Assembly: GCA_024639455.1 (NCBI GenBank)
Contig: JAHEIH010000027.1
Coordinates: 178,822-242,821, forward strand
Reading direction: 5' to 3'
DNA: 64,000 bases
Origin: Cellvibrionales bacterium
GTDB lineage: Bacteria > Pseudomonadota > Gammaproteobacteria > Pseudomonadales > JAHEIH01
Below the pieces are notes generated by a model. The model did no database searches, had not been told where the DNA came from, and saw only the letters and a program-made list of their open reading frames with translations. Both the position numbers and the translations under genes were made by a program. Positions 8,192-19,238 of the stretch are shown piece after piece; the first letter of the stretch is position 1; every line of letters starts with the position of its first letter.

Positions 8192-10117
8192 TTATTGTTG
8201 TTCGACCAATACTCCGGCAAAGAAACTCGCCAGTTCATCAAAGGCATTCAGCGGAAGAATGTTGGCCACGTATTGGTCTGGGCGCACCACAACCATACAT
8301 CCCTGTTCGCGGTCGATACCACGCATATCGAAGATGTCGCCCAAGCCTTTGTGGTCAACACAGAACACTTTCTCGTAATCCATCAGCCCCAGCTTACCTA
8401 GCTTGGGTTTCAACAGTGTCGGCATGTCTTCAAAGGCCAGTTCCTCAAAGGTTTGCTGGAAAATGGCGCGCACGTCGATGATCGCATCGACATCTTCCCC
8501 TATACGGGTGTATTTCACCACCGGTGACGCTGGGTCGTGCGCCAGCCAATCCGCCAAGTGGTGGATAGCGGAATCAGGATTAGACGTATCATTTTTGCCC
8601 GCAAAGGCGTAAATCCGCCACTTGCCATCGGCTTCCGCGGCGTGACCCAATTGCATTTGCTTGGCATCGGTTAAACGCACCACTGGGGCGGAATGAAAAC
8701 GTCGGCCGAGTCCTTCACCACTGGCCAGATGTTGATACTTGCCAGCAGCAGTTAACAGCGAAGGATCGTACACCACCGCGTTGCCGCCTGTGAACTCCAG
8801 GTTTTCTTTGAACTGACGAATCATGCGGGGCTCGTCACCGTCATCGATCTCCGACTGACCCGGTGGCGCCGACATGATGCGCGCCCACTTGTGGTCGGTT
8901 TCGACCAAGCGCTTGGCTTCCACCAAGCGCTCGGCACTGTAGGTGTGCAGCAAGCTCGCATCGGCGCGACCGGTCAACACATGCGCCAATTTCCAACCCA
9001 AGTTAAACGTATCTTGCATCGACACGTTCATACCCTGCCCCGCCTTCGGGCTGTGAGTATGACACGCGTCGCCCGCGACAAACACGCGCGGCATACGACT
9101 ATCGCGCTGGTCGTCGGGCACGTCGTCAAACTTGTCGGAAATACGATGACCAATTTCATAGATCGACCACCACACCACTTCTTTCACGTCGATCGTGTAA
9201 GGCTTGATGATGCGATTGGCGGCGGCGATCAAATCGTCGGCGCTGAAGCTGTTGCGGTCGAGGCGTTGACCATCTTGCAGCTTGTCCATTTCAACGTACA
9301 TGCGGAACAGGTAACCGCCTTCACGGGGTAGCAACAACACGTTGCCCTGAGTGGCCGAACCGATCAAGCATTTCTGGCGAATATCCGGGAAGTCAGTGTT
9401 GGCGAGGATGTCCATTACACCCCAGGCCTGATTAGCGGCGTCGCCCTCCAATTTACCGCCGATGGCTTGGCGAACATTCGAGCGCGCACCGTCGCAGCCC
9501 ACCACGTAGTTGGCACGCACGGTATAGGTCTGACCCCAATTAACGCCAGTGTCTTCTAGGGTCACGGTAACGGGGTGATCGTCAGTGGTGGGGTCGATCT
9601 GCACGTCCTTTACCGACAGACTGTAGTCGGGCACCAAGCGCGAGGGTGAGTTTTTCATGACGTCCAAAAACAGTTGGTGCAAGCGCGCTTGGTTGATCAA
9701 GATGTGGGGCATCTCAGAGCTATCATCGGCCACATCCTGCACACGCCCTACCCGTTTTATCGCGGCAGGGTTTTCAGGATCGGGCATCCAGAAGCTGGTT
9801 TGGTTAACCCAGTAGGTTTCGTGCTTCACCTTGTCGGCAAAACCAAACGCCTGGAACATTTCCATCGTGCGGGTGTTAATACCGTCAGCTTTACCCTTTT
9901 GGATATTGTAGGGGCTGGCCTCGACGATCAACGTGCTAATGTCAGGAAACTGCGACAGCTGCGCCGCCAAGCATAAACCCGCTGGGCCAGTGCCCGCGAT
10001 CAAAACATCGACTTTTTCGGGTAACTGACGGTACTGTGAATTAATATCGCGGCGACAGGGCGCAGCGTCTTTGATGTCGGGGTCACCTGGGCGAAAACCG
10101 TCTCTGTAGTATCTCAC
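8192..10117 (-). CDS. FAD-dependent aromatic monooxygenase of the phenol 2-monooxygenase / 3-hydroxybenzoate 4-monooxygenase (MobA-like) type, with a C-terminal thioredoxin-like domain
   Basis: 641 aa. DVLIAGTGPAGL dinucleotide fold and GDACHTHSPKAGQGMN FAD motif. GTG start at 10117 with an AAGGAA RBS. Confidence 0.85.
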   Translation of the reverse strand: MRYYRDGFRPGDPDIKDAAPCRRDINSQYRQLPEKVDVLIAGTGPAGLCLAAQLSQFPDISTLIVEASPYNIQKGKADGINTRTMEMFQAFGFADKVKHETYWVNQTSFWMPDPENPAAIKRVGRVQDVADDSSEMPHILINQARLHQLFLDVMKNSPSRLVPDYSLSVKDVQIDPTTDDHPVTVTLEDTGVNWGQTYTVRANYVVGCDGARSNVRQAIGGKLEGDAANQAWGVMDILANTDFPDIRQKCLIGSATQGNVLLLPREGGYLFRMYVEMDKLQDGQRLDRNSFSADDLIAAANRIIKPYTIDVKEVVWWSIYEIGHRISDKFDDVPDDQRDSRMPRVFVAGDACHTHSPKAGQGMNVSMQDTFNLGWKLAHVLTGRADASLLHTYSAERLVEAKRLVETDHKWARIMSAPPGQSEIDDGDEPRMIRQFKENLEFTGGNAVVYDPSLLTAAGKYQHLASGEGLGRRFHSAPVVRLTDAKQMQLGHAAEADGKWRIYAFAGKNDTSNPDSAIHHLADWLAHDPASPVVKYTRIGEDVDAIIDVRAIFQQTFEELAFEDMPTLLKPKLGKLGLMDYEKVFCVDHKGLGDIFDMRGIDREQGCMVVVRPDQYVANILPLNAFDELASFFAGVLVEQQ

Positions 10118-10272
10118 TGCTGTTTCCTTGAAATATTGTTATACGCAAGTTGATAAGCATACTTATTAATTTTAGGATTGTAAATACTCTAATGACCGCC
10201 CCCATGGGGTGCGTAATTTTTTCATTCAAAATAGCCCGCAGCCAACAAGCATACTTGCCAATTTTTAGACAC

Positions 10273-10300
10273 AAAAAAACCGAGCTTGGCTCGGCTTTTT
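10273..10300 (-). terminator. Rho-independent terminator downstream of pobA
   Basis: The minus strand reads GCCGAGC-caa-GCTCGGTTTTTTT. An A-run on the other side makes it potentially bidirectional. Confidence 0.75.
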
Positions 10301-10314
10301 CTTAATGGATTGAC

Positions 10315-11538
<1,224 letters not shown>

Positions 11539-11613
11539 TTATTACTTACAAGTGTAGAGAACAGCCGCCAAAAGGCGATGGACAAGTCTTGCTAATTCTT
11601 GTACTTTTCTTTC

Positions 11614-12474
11614 ATGAAAAAAGACATCCCGCTGTATGGACTGTATGGAGAAGAACGACAACGTTCCGAGCCAGGCCCCATTCATATTGAACGCATCATC
11701 GACCGTTCGAAGGAACACGGCTGGCACATCAAACCCCATCGCCACACCCATTTATTGCAGATTTTGCATATCGACAAAGGCCTCAAACAGGCCAGCTTTG
11801 ACGAACAGCACTTCGACAAAGACACCGGCAGTAGCTTCATCATTCCGCCTGGTATGGTGCACGAATTTCACTTTTCACCCAACTCGCAGGGTTATGTATT
11901 GTCCGTATCGCTAGAGCAATTGGCCACCCTCACCCGGCACGACATACAGCATTTTAGACACGCTCAATTCTGCCACTGTCGCTGGGGATGCGATGCCAGT
12001 TTGAAACCGCGCTTCGACTTCCTTTTGAATGAACTGGCACGGCACGGCGCCGGCGAACCGAGTAGTATCGATGCCCAGTTTTTGATGGTGTCGCTACTGC
12101 TTGAATGCATCGCCCAGCAGGCCCGCCTGCAAGTAGGGGACAGCAATAGCGAGCAGAGTTTATCGCAGCGATTTAGCTCCCTGGTAGACCAACACTATGT
12201 CGAGCACCTCAGCGTCGCCGACTACGCAGAACGGTTGAGCGTATCTTACCCCACCCTCAACCGTGCCTGCTTGGCCGAACTGGGAACCGCTCCCAAGACC
12301 GTGATTAGTCATCGTTTGCTGCAAGAAGCCAAACGTAAGCTGCTGTATACCAGCATGACCATCGATCAGATCTCACACTCTCTGGCGTTCAAGGATCCTG
12401 GGTACTTCAACCGCTTCTTCAAAAAGCATTGTGAGCAAACGCCCAAGGCTTACAGACAGCGCTCGCCGCGCTAA
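11614..12474 (+). CDS. pobR: AraC-family regulator (PobR-type), divergent from pobA
   Basis: C-terminal AraC helix-turn-helix (YPTLNRACLAELGTAPKTVISHRLLQEAKRKLLYT...FKDPGYFNRFFKK). The track ORF starts at TTG 11599. I prefer the ATG at 11614. Confidence 0.8.
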   Translation: MKKDIPLYGLYGEERQRSEPGPIHIERIIDRSKEHGWHIKPHRHTHLLQILHIDKGLKQASFDEQHFDKDTGSSFIIPPGMVHEFHFSPNSQGYVLSVSLEQLATLTRHDIQHFRHAQFCHCRWGCDASLKPRFDFLLNELARHGAGEPSSIDAQFLMVSLLLECIAQQARLQVGDSNSEQSLSQRFSSLVDQHYVEHLSVADYAERLSVSYPTLNRACLAELGTAPKTVISHRLLQEAKRKLLYTSMTIDQISHSLAFKDPGYFNRFFKKHCEQTPKAYRQRSPR

Positions 12475-12769
12475 ATCGTTGTTTGAATACCTCTATTGGG
12501 CGCTTTCTGGAACAGCAAGCGAACGCTCTGATTAATCGTCGATCAAATTCCCACAGCATCAAATATAGATCGCATCCCAATGATGGTAGATCTGAAATGG
12601 TATTGAGCGGTGGACGCTATGCAGCGCGCCCCAATGAAATAACGGGGGTTCCATGGCTAGCTTCTTTTGGAGACAGCATGGCAGGCACGGAGCGGAAATT
12701 TAACTGACCTACTGTAGGGTTTGGGGCAAGTGCCCGAACATTGCTCGGGCAGCATAACGCGCCGTTAAC

Positions 12770-14116
12770 TTAACTCCACGGGAAGGGGCTATTAGACACG
12801 GGGTGTAATTCCCCATTAGCAAAGCGTGAAAAGCTGAAAGGTTCCAACAAAGACGCTTTGTGGTTGCCGCAGATTGATTCGGCCACCAGCTTACCCACCC
12901 CAAGCATTTTGTAACCATGATTGGAATCAGCCAAAAAGAAACAGTTTTTTCGCATCAGATCAAACACGGGAAAACTGTCAGGGGTAAAGCAACCAATACC
13001 ACCGGAAGGTTCATCCTTATACTGCGGCATAGTGCCAGAAAAGCGCTTTTGGCAATGAGCTAAGGCCGATACCCACATATGGGCAAATTCAGGGCCCACA
13101 ATAAATTCAGGTGACGCCGGACCATAGGGGTCCACTTGGACGTGATCGGCGGGTTTATCAACAATAAACGGCGCGGCGCCACCCTGCACGCCACCAAAAT
13201 GGAAGTCAGGTTTGTAGTAAATGCCCCACATTTTGTCGGTAATCAACGACCCATCGACATCGGAGTATAACGGTGCATCGGTATCCACGTGAATAACCGG
13301 AGGCATGTCACCGTCGTTAGTGACTTGCATTTTGGGGTCAACCCCGAGGGTACCCTCCTGCAATGACCAGTAGACCCACATCGGAATATCGGTGGCGATA
13401 GAACCGTCAGCAGGGTTTTTAATATCCACCGTCTTGGGTAATTCGAGCATCTCCCAGAAAGACTTGGCCCATGGACCCGCTCCAATCACCACAAAATCAG
13501 TCTCAATATTGCCACGATTCGTTTGGACCGCGTTAATTGAGCCGTCGCTCGCTGAGGTAAACCCCGTCACCGTCACGCCGGTAATAATGCGCACCCCTTC
13601 CTTTTCAGCCTTGCCAGCTAAACCGTACATGGCTTTGGTATTGTTGGCGTAGCCGCCAGGCATCTCATGCAGTACCGACGTTATACCCTTGGCCTGCCAA
13701 TCGTGGAAAATACCCTGCATGTAGGTGGTACATTCTTTTTCACCCTCGATGAAGCGAGATTCATAACCAATCGCTTGTTGCTGTTCATAAATAGACGCCA
13801 CGTCAGCATGCATCGATTCAGGGCTGATCTGCATATAACCCACCGGGTGATAACTATATGCTTTTGGATCGCTTTCCCAAACACTCACACTATGAGCCAT
13901 CAATTCGCGCATAGCCGGCTGAAAATAGTTGTTGCGGATGACCCCGCAGGCGATCCCCGTCGCGCCCGCGCTAATACCCGACTTATCGAGTACAATAATG
14001 TCCCGGCCATCGCCTTTTCCTTGAGATTTTAATTGCACCGCCAAGTGGTAGGCGGTGGATAAACCATGAATACCTGCTCCCACAATGACGTAGGGTGAAT
14101 GGGTTGGAAAAGCCAT
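12770..14116 (-). CDS. FAD-dependent oxidoreductase (DAO / SoxB-related amine oxidase family), last gene of the sox-like operon
   Basis: YVIVGAGIHGLSTAYHL dinucleotide fold. ATG at 14116 with an AAGAGGA RBS. The gene starts 40 nt downstream of soxG. Confidence 0.75.
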   Translation of the reverse strand: MAFPTHSPYVIVGAGIHGLSTAYHLAVQLKSQGKGDGRDIIVLDKSGISAGATGIACGVIRNNYFQPAMRELMAHSVSVWESDPKAYSYHPVGYMQISPESMHADVASIYEQQQAIGYESRFIEGEKECTTYMQGIFHDWQAKGITSVLHEMPGGYANNTKAMYGLAGKAEKEGVRIITGVTVTGFTSASDGSINAVQTNRGNIETDFVVIGAGPWAKSFWEMLELPKTVDIKNPADGSIATDIPMWVYWSLQEGTLGVDPKMQVTNDGDMPPVIHVDTDAPLYSDVDGSLITDKMWGIYYKPDFHFGGVQGGAAPFIVDKPADHVQVDPYGPASPEFIVGPEFAHMWVSALAHCQKRFSGTMPQYKDEPSGGIGCFTPDSFPVFDLMRKNCFFLADSNHGYKMLGVGKLVAESICGNHKASLLEPFSFSRFANGELHPVSNSPFPWS

Positions 14117-14156
14117 CAATGTATCCTCTTAATGTGTCAGTTCACGGCAGCGTGCG

Positions 14157-14729
14157 CTAGCCTTGATTTACTATTGTCAGTAACTGTTCTCGTTCCATGC
14201 ATTGACCGCCAAACTCAGCCATCGCATCCAACATACAGCGGCGAAAATATTCTGCTGCCGCGCTGTCGCACAGCAGGTTAAAACAGGTGTCGTTACCGAG
14301 TGTTTGATGAACCACAATGGCATTCACCCTGGCTACGGACGTCTGTGCGATAGTCCCTGGTGGAAACACCACTGCACGTAAATCTACCCCGCAGACCTTC
14401 GCCATTACATCAGCAGCACGGTCGCCGACCAACCAAAACCAGGCATGGCTATCTCGACAAAATAAGCGGTACACATCCTGTGCAGGGAGTGCCGCATCCT
14501 GCACCTTGTCCAACGGCGAATCTTCAGCCAAAGGATGTTGTAGCAACCAAAATTCCTTTGGACTCAAACGCAACACCGCCAGTTCGTCGCCATACGTGGC
14601 TAGATTAGGTGTGTCCGGAATGTTTATACCTAGCCGCTGTAAATGTTTTTCAGCGGCCAAGCCTCTGAAGCCTGCTCTGGCAGAGTCGCTCAGCTCAATC
14701 AATACAGGGTGTTCAAATTTCGATGCCAT
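14157..14729 (-). CDS. soxG: Sarcosine oxidase gamma subunit family
   Basis: Its size (190 aa) and its position directly after soxA match soxBDAG operons. It resembles the GcvT-like SoxG fold family. Confidence 0.75.
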   Translation of the reverse strand: MASKFEHPVLIELSDSARAGFRGLAAEKHLQRLGINIPDTPNLATYGDELAVLRLSPKEFWLLQHPLAEDSPLDKVQDAALPAQDVYRLFCRDSHAWFWLVGDRAADVMAKVCGVDLRAVVFPPGTIAQTSVARVNAIVVHQTLGNDTCFNLLCDSAAAEYFRRCMLDAMAEFGGQCMEREQLLTIVNQG

Positions 14730-14738
14730 AACGCCCCC

Positions 14739-17651
14739 TTACAGTGCTTGACGCTGGTTGTCAGGATCAAAGAACGGCATCGCTACCACCTCGGCAAAAA
14801 TTCTCTTGCCACCGTCCACGCGAATAGGAAGTTTGCTCCCCACAGCGGCCTGGTCGATACCCACAAATGCCATACCAATGATGGCGTCCAAAGTGGGCGA
14901 AAACTCACACGAAGTGACATTGCCACTGATGTCATCACCCTGCAATACCAGGTGGCCTTCTTCAGGCTTGAGACTGTTAGCGGGCAGAGTAAAACCTACC
15001 AATTGGCGAGTCTGTGGCTGGGCCATCAAAATATCCACCGAGCGACGCCCCACAAAAAACGGCTTTTTATAATTCAACGCCCATGTCAGAGACAATTCCC
15101 CGGGATGGCTCATACCATCGGTATCCTGACCCACAATGATATGGCCTTTTTCCAGCCGCAACAGGCGTTGCGCCTCAACGCCAAAGGGCTTAATCCCTAG
15201 CGTTTTACCGGCACCCATCACTGCGTCCCACAGGGCTTCGCCAAAACGCGATGGCACGTGAATTTCATAACCCAGTTCACCGACAAAACCGACCCGCAGC
15301 AAGCGTGCAGGCATCCCAGCCAAGGTGCATTCACGGAACCCTAAGTAGGGAAAAGCCTCTGGCGAAAGATCAATATCCGCTCCCATGTCCAGCAGCACCT
15401 CTCGCGCCAAGGGGCCAGCCACGTTAACCGCAGCAAAGGCCGAAGTGACATTGGCAATGTCGACATTTAACCGCCACTGGGCGTTCCACTTCATCATATT
15501 GCGATAAACACCCTCGACACCGCTTGTTGTAGCCGTTACATAAAAGTGCTGATCGCTCAACCGACAAGCCACACCATCGTCCACGACCACGCCATGCTCA
15601 TTGGTCATCACCGCATAACGGGTTTTGCCCACCGGCTGCTTAGCAAATCCAAAGGTGTACATACGCTCCAAAAATTCCACAGCATCGGGCCCTCGCAGCT
15701 CGATACCGCCAAGTGTACTGACATCGATAACACCGACCTGATGTCGCACATGCCAGGCTTCATCGCGAATACACGCTTGCCGCTGGCTTGTTGTCCCGTA
15801 ATAGGCCGGGCGCTGCCAATTCCCGGCTGGCATCATTTGCGCACCGAGTTCGACATGGCGCTGATGCATGCGGGTGCGACGATAAGGGTCAAACATTCGC
15901 CCCGCGCTGTGAGCCAATTTTTCCGGCGCAAACGGCGGTCGAGCCGTCGTCACGCCAGTTTCTGTTACCGTACGGCCAGTCGCTTTAGCCACCAATCGGG
16001 CGGTTGCCAATGCCGAGTGCCGCCCCTGAGATGGCCCCATACCGACGGTTGAGAATCGCTTCACCAATTGGATGTCGCGATACCCCATGCGGGTAGCATT
16101 GATGATGTCCTTGGCCTGCAAGTCTTCATCAAAATCAACAAAGTCCTTACCTTTAGGGTGGCTAAAAATCGGCCAATCAAAATTCACTTGACGGCTGCAA
16201 AAGACATCCGAAGGTACCTTCTCAGACAAGCCGAGCTGGTGCAAAGCAACACGACCCGCGCGCTCACCATCCGCCAACACAGCAGATAACGCATGTCGGC
16301 CATTAACGGATCCTGCGATATGCAGGTGCTTCGGCAGGTTTGTTAACGTAAAGGCGGCACTTCCGTCGTGATAGTTCAACTGGCCGCCCGCCTGACAGAG
16401 CAACTGGTAGACAGGCATATAGCCAGATGACATACATACCACAACACAATCAATCGACTTGCCCTGTGAAGCCACCTTGCCTTGCCCAGTAATGGCACGC
16501 AACTCGGCGCCCCGAATGCCTCGATTGCCAGCACTTGGCAGTGCCTCATACACGGTGTGACCGGCATAGTGAGCAATACCCCGCGATTGCAAGGCAGCTA
16601 ACACGTCGGTTTGCTCTGGCTCGGCGCGCATATCGACCACCGCCGCCACCTCAATACCCGCCTCTTGCAGGTCGAGCGCCGTCATGTAGCCATCATCATT
16701 GCCGGTAAGACAAATCGCCCGCTGTCCGGGTGCCACGCCATACTGCTTGATCAATCGACTAGCGGCACTGGCCATCATCACGCCAGGTAAATCGTTATTG
16801 CGAAACACCACGTGTTGCTCAAACGCCCCCGACGCCACGATGCATTCTTTGGCGCGCACTTTGTACATCCGCTTGCCTTGAATGACGGGTAAAAAGTTAT
16901 CGGTAAACCACGCGTTGCACACCGCCTTGGTAAGCACCTGGATGTTGTTATTAGCCTCAACTTGGGCCACTAAATCCGCGCGCAGCTTATCCGCCTCGAC
17001 GCCGTCAATGTCAAAGCGATGGTAGGTCAGAGAGCCGCCTAATTGTGGCTGTTCGTCAACCAGTAGCACTGATGCGCCCCCATGAGCGGCGGTTAATGCG
17101 GCCATGAGACCTGCTGGGCCAGCGCCCACCACAACCACATCATGAAACAGAAAACATTTGTCATAGTACTCAGGGGTAAAAGCGAGATCTAGCACCCCCA
17201 GACCGGCCATTTTGCGGATCATCGGTTCCCATAGCGGCCACGTTTTAAACGATCTTAAGAAGGGTATTTTATAAAACGCTCGGTAATAAAACCCTACCGG
17301 CATAAAGCGTCCAAACCACCCCAATAATGAGGAGCGATCGTGTTGCAGCGAGCCGTTGTAATTTTGTCCCGTCACCGCCACCCCAGGCGTCAGAGGCAAT
17401 TGATCAGCCAGCACATTGGGTTCCCCCCCCACTTGCATGAGCGTGTTGGCATCTTGGCCCGCCATGGTTAATGGACCACGCGGGCGGTGGTATTTGAACG
17501 AACGAGACATCAAGGCCTCGTTATTCGCCATTAAAGCACTGGCCACGGTGTCGCCTTCAAATCCCGCTAGGCGGCGACCTTCATAGCTAAAGTCGATAGG
17601 CTTATCGCGGTTAATAAAAAGCCCGGCGGGAGCGGGAAGACGAGTCATCAT
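14739..17651 (-). CDS. soxA: Sarcosine oxidase alpha subunit family (heterotetrameric type)
   Basis: 970 aa. VVVVGAGPAGLMAAL NAD/FAD fold and a C-terminal aminomethyltransferase (GcvT)-like folate domain. Its start overlaps the soxD stop (ATGATGA). Confidence 0.9.
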   Translation of the reverse strand: MMTRLPAPAGLFINRDKPIDFSYEGRRLAGFEGDTVASALMANNEALMSRSFKYHRPRGPLTMAGQDANTLMQVGGEPNVLADQLPLTPGVAVTGQNYNGSLQHDRSSLLGWFGRFMPVGFYYRAFYKIPFLRSFKTWPLWEPMIRKMAGLGVLDLAFTPEYYDKCFLFHDVVVVGAGPAGLMAALTAAHGGASVLLVDEQPQLGGSLTYHRFDIDGVEADKLRADLVAQVEANNNIQVLTKAVCNAWFTDNFLPVIQGKRMYKVRAKECIVASGAFEQHVVFRNNDLPGVMMASAASRLIKQYGVAPGQRAICLTGNDDGYMTALDLQEAGIEVAAVVDMRAEPEQTDVLAALQSRGIAHYAGHTVYEALPSAGNRGIRGAELRAITGQGKVASQGKSIDCVVVCMSSGYMPVYQLLCQAGGQLNYHDGSAAFTLTNLPKHLHIAGSVNGRHALSAVLADGERAGRVALHQLGLSEKVPSDVFCSRQVNFDWPIFSHPKGKDFVDFDEDLQAKDIINATRMGYRDIQLVKRFSTVGMGPSQGRHSALATARLVAKATGRTVTETGVTTARPPFAPEKLAHSAGRMFDPYRRTRMHQRHVELGAQMMPAGNWQRPAYYGTTSQRQACIRDEAWHVRHQVGVIDVSTLGGIELRGPDAVEFLERMYTFGFAKQPVGKTRYAVMTNEHGVVVDDGVACRLSDQHFYVTATTSGVEGVYRNMMKWNAQWRLNVDIANVTSAFAAVNVAGPLAREVLLDMGADIDLSPEAFPYLGFRECTLAGMPARLLRVGFVGELGYEIHVPSRFGEALWDAVMGAGKTLGIKPFGVEAQRLLRLEKGHIIVGQDTDGMSHPGELSLTWALNYKKPFFVGRRSVDILMAQPQTRQLVGFTLPANSLKPEEGHLVLQGDDISGNVTSCEFSPTLDAIIGMAFVGIDQAAVGSKLPIRVDGGKRIFAEVVAMPFFDPDNQRQAL

Positions 17652-17953
17652 TGCTCCTCCTTATCGCTGCCAGCAACCATAAAATCGATGCGCTGCTGAA
17701 ACATGTCCGAGGCATCGTAGGTACGCACAATGTCATCGGTTACGGTGTGGCGCTCGGCGATAAACCAATACCCTGAGGGGGTATGCAGCCACCATTCGGT
17801 GACCACGCCGGCACGGTTATCGGCATAAAACACGTATTCCGCCCACGCCTTATCCGTGCATTCATCGGGTTGGGGCATTTGTCTAACATCGCCGCCGTAA
17901 ACAAACTCACTGATATTGCGGGGACCGTTAAGTGGGCAGTGCATAATTTTCAT
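17648..17953 (-). CDS. soxD: Sarcosine oxidase delta subunit family
   Basis: MKIMHCPLNGPRNISEFVYGGD is the characteristic SoxD N-terminus. 101 aa. Confidence 0.9.
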   Translation of the reverse strand: MKIMHCPLNGPRNISEFVYGGDVRQMPQPDECTDKAWAEYVFYADNRAGVVTEWWLHTPSGYWFIAERHTVTDDIVRTYDASDMFQQRIDFMVAGSDKEEQ

Positions 17954-17978
17954 GATCGCTTTCTCTTCTCACTCAACA

Positions 17979-19226
17979 TTAATGGCTCGCCGCCGTTGCG
18001 CCCATTTCGTTGACCTGCTTGAAGGTATCGAAACGTGACATGGCAAACGGTGCAATTAACTCTGGTACAACACCGCCACTGGCCACCAACTCAGCCATCG
18101 TCTTGCCGCAGATAGGCGTGGCCTTAAAGCCCCAGGTACCCCATCCTGCGTCCAAATAGTAATTTTCTACAGGACTCAAGCCCATGATTGGACTGTAATC
18201 CGACGTCATATCAGTGATACCGGCCCACTGCCGCAATAGTCGCAAATTGGCCATAAACGGGAACATTTCGATGGCATGGGCAAGCAGGCTCTCTTTCAAC
18301 TCCAAGGTTGAGCGGGTGTTGTATAGCGGATAGGGATCGGAACCCCCGCCAAACACCATTTCACCACGACTGGTTTGCTGTACATAGCAGTGCAGCGCCG
18401 AGGAACTGACCAGCGGATCCAAGAAAGGCTTAACCGGTTGCGTGACCATGGCTTGTAGCGGATAGGTTGTTATGGGCATTCTAAACCCTGCTTTAGCCGC
18501 CATTAACGAGCTGTTACCCGCCACGGCCTGTACCACACAGCCACAACTAATGTTGCCGCGATTGGTATGAACGCCGGTCACCCTGCCATTTTGAATATCG
18601 ACATCGGTTACCTCAGTTAATTGGTGTAATTCCACACCGCGCTGGGTCGCTCCTTTAGCGTAACCCCAAGCCACCGCGTCGTGGCGTGCTGTGGCGCCAT
18701 CCTTGTGCCAAAGACCCGCCAACACGGGTAAATGAGCGGGGTTCATATTCAAGGTGGGGACTAACTCGCGAATCTCTTGTGGTCCAATGAGTTCGGTGCG
18801 CCCCCCGAAGTGCTTGTTGACTTCAGCGCGCTGGCGAAAGGCACGCACAGTCGCATCCGTGTGCGCCAAGGTCAGCTGACCACGTTCAGAATACATAATG
18901 TTGAAATCAAATTCGTGCGACAAATTCTGGAACAGCTTGACCGATGCTGCATAGAATTTGACGCCTTGCGGTGTCATGTAATTTGAACGAATCACCGCGG
19001 TATTGCGGGCGGTATTCCCCCCACCAAGGTAGCCTTTTTCAAGCACGGCCACATTGGTAATGCCGTGGTACTTAGCAAGGTAATACGCTGTCGCCACCCC
19101 GTGGCCACCACCGCCGATGATAACAACATCGTAGTGACGCTTTAGCTCACTGGGCGGCGGTAGATCCGGGTCGTTTTCGAAGGGGTAATCGCTTTTTAAA
19201 CCGAATTTCAGAAGTGAAAATGGCAT
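17979..19226 (-). CDS. soxB: Sarcosine oxidase beta subunit family
   Basis: YDVVIIGGGGHGVATAYYLAK...GGGNTARNTAVIRSNY, at the typical SoxB length of 415 aa. Confidence 0.9.
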   Translation of the reverse strand: MPFSLLKFGLKSDYPFENDPDLPPPSELKRHYDVVIIGGGGHGVATAYYLAKYHGITNVAVLEKGYLGGGNTARNTAVIRSNYMTPQGVKFYAASVKLFQNLSHEFDFNIMYSERGQLTLAHTDATVRAFRQRAEVNKHFGGRTELIGPQEIRELVPTLNMNPAHLPVLAGLWHKDGATARHDAVAWGYAKGATQRGVELHQLTEVTDVDIQNGRVTGVHTNRGNISCGCVVQAVAGNSSLMAAKAGFRMPITTYPLQAMVTQPVKPFLDPLVSSSALHCYVQQTSRGEMVFGGGSDPYPLYNTRSTLELKESLLAHAIEMFPFMANLRLLRQWAGITDMTSDYSPIMGLSPVENYYLDAGWGTWGFKATPICGKTMAELVASGGVVPELIAPFAMSRFDTFKQVNEMGATAASH

Positions 19227-19238
19227 ATCGGAGCCCTC

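Noticed and set aside
12475-12769. 295-bp gap between pobR and the FAD oxidase gene, containing a 74-aa ORF (12483..12707) and a TGCCCGA-N7-TCGGGCA hairpin
   Set aside because: The ORF has no RBS and no motif. The hairpin lacks a U-tract on either strand. I could not recognise any known RNA family, so it is left unannotated.
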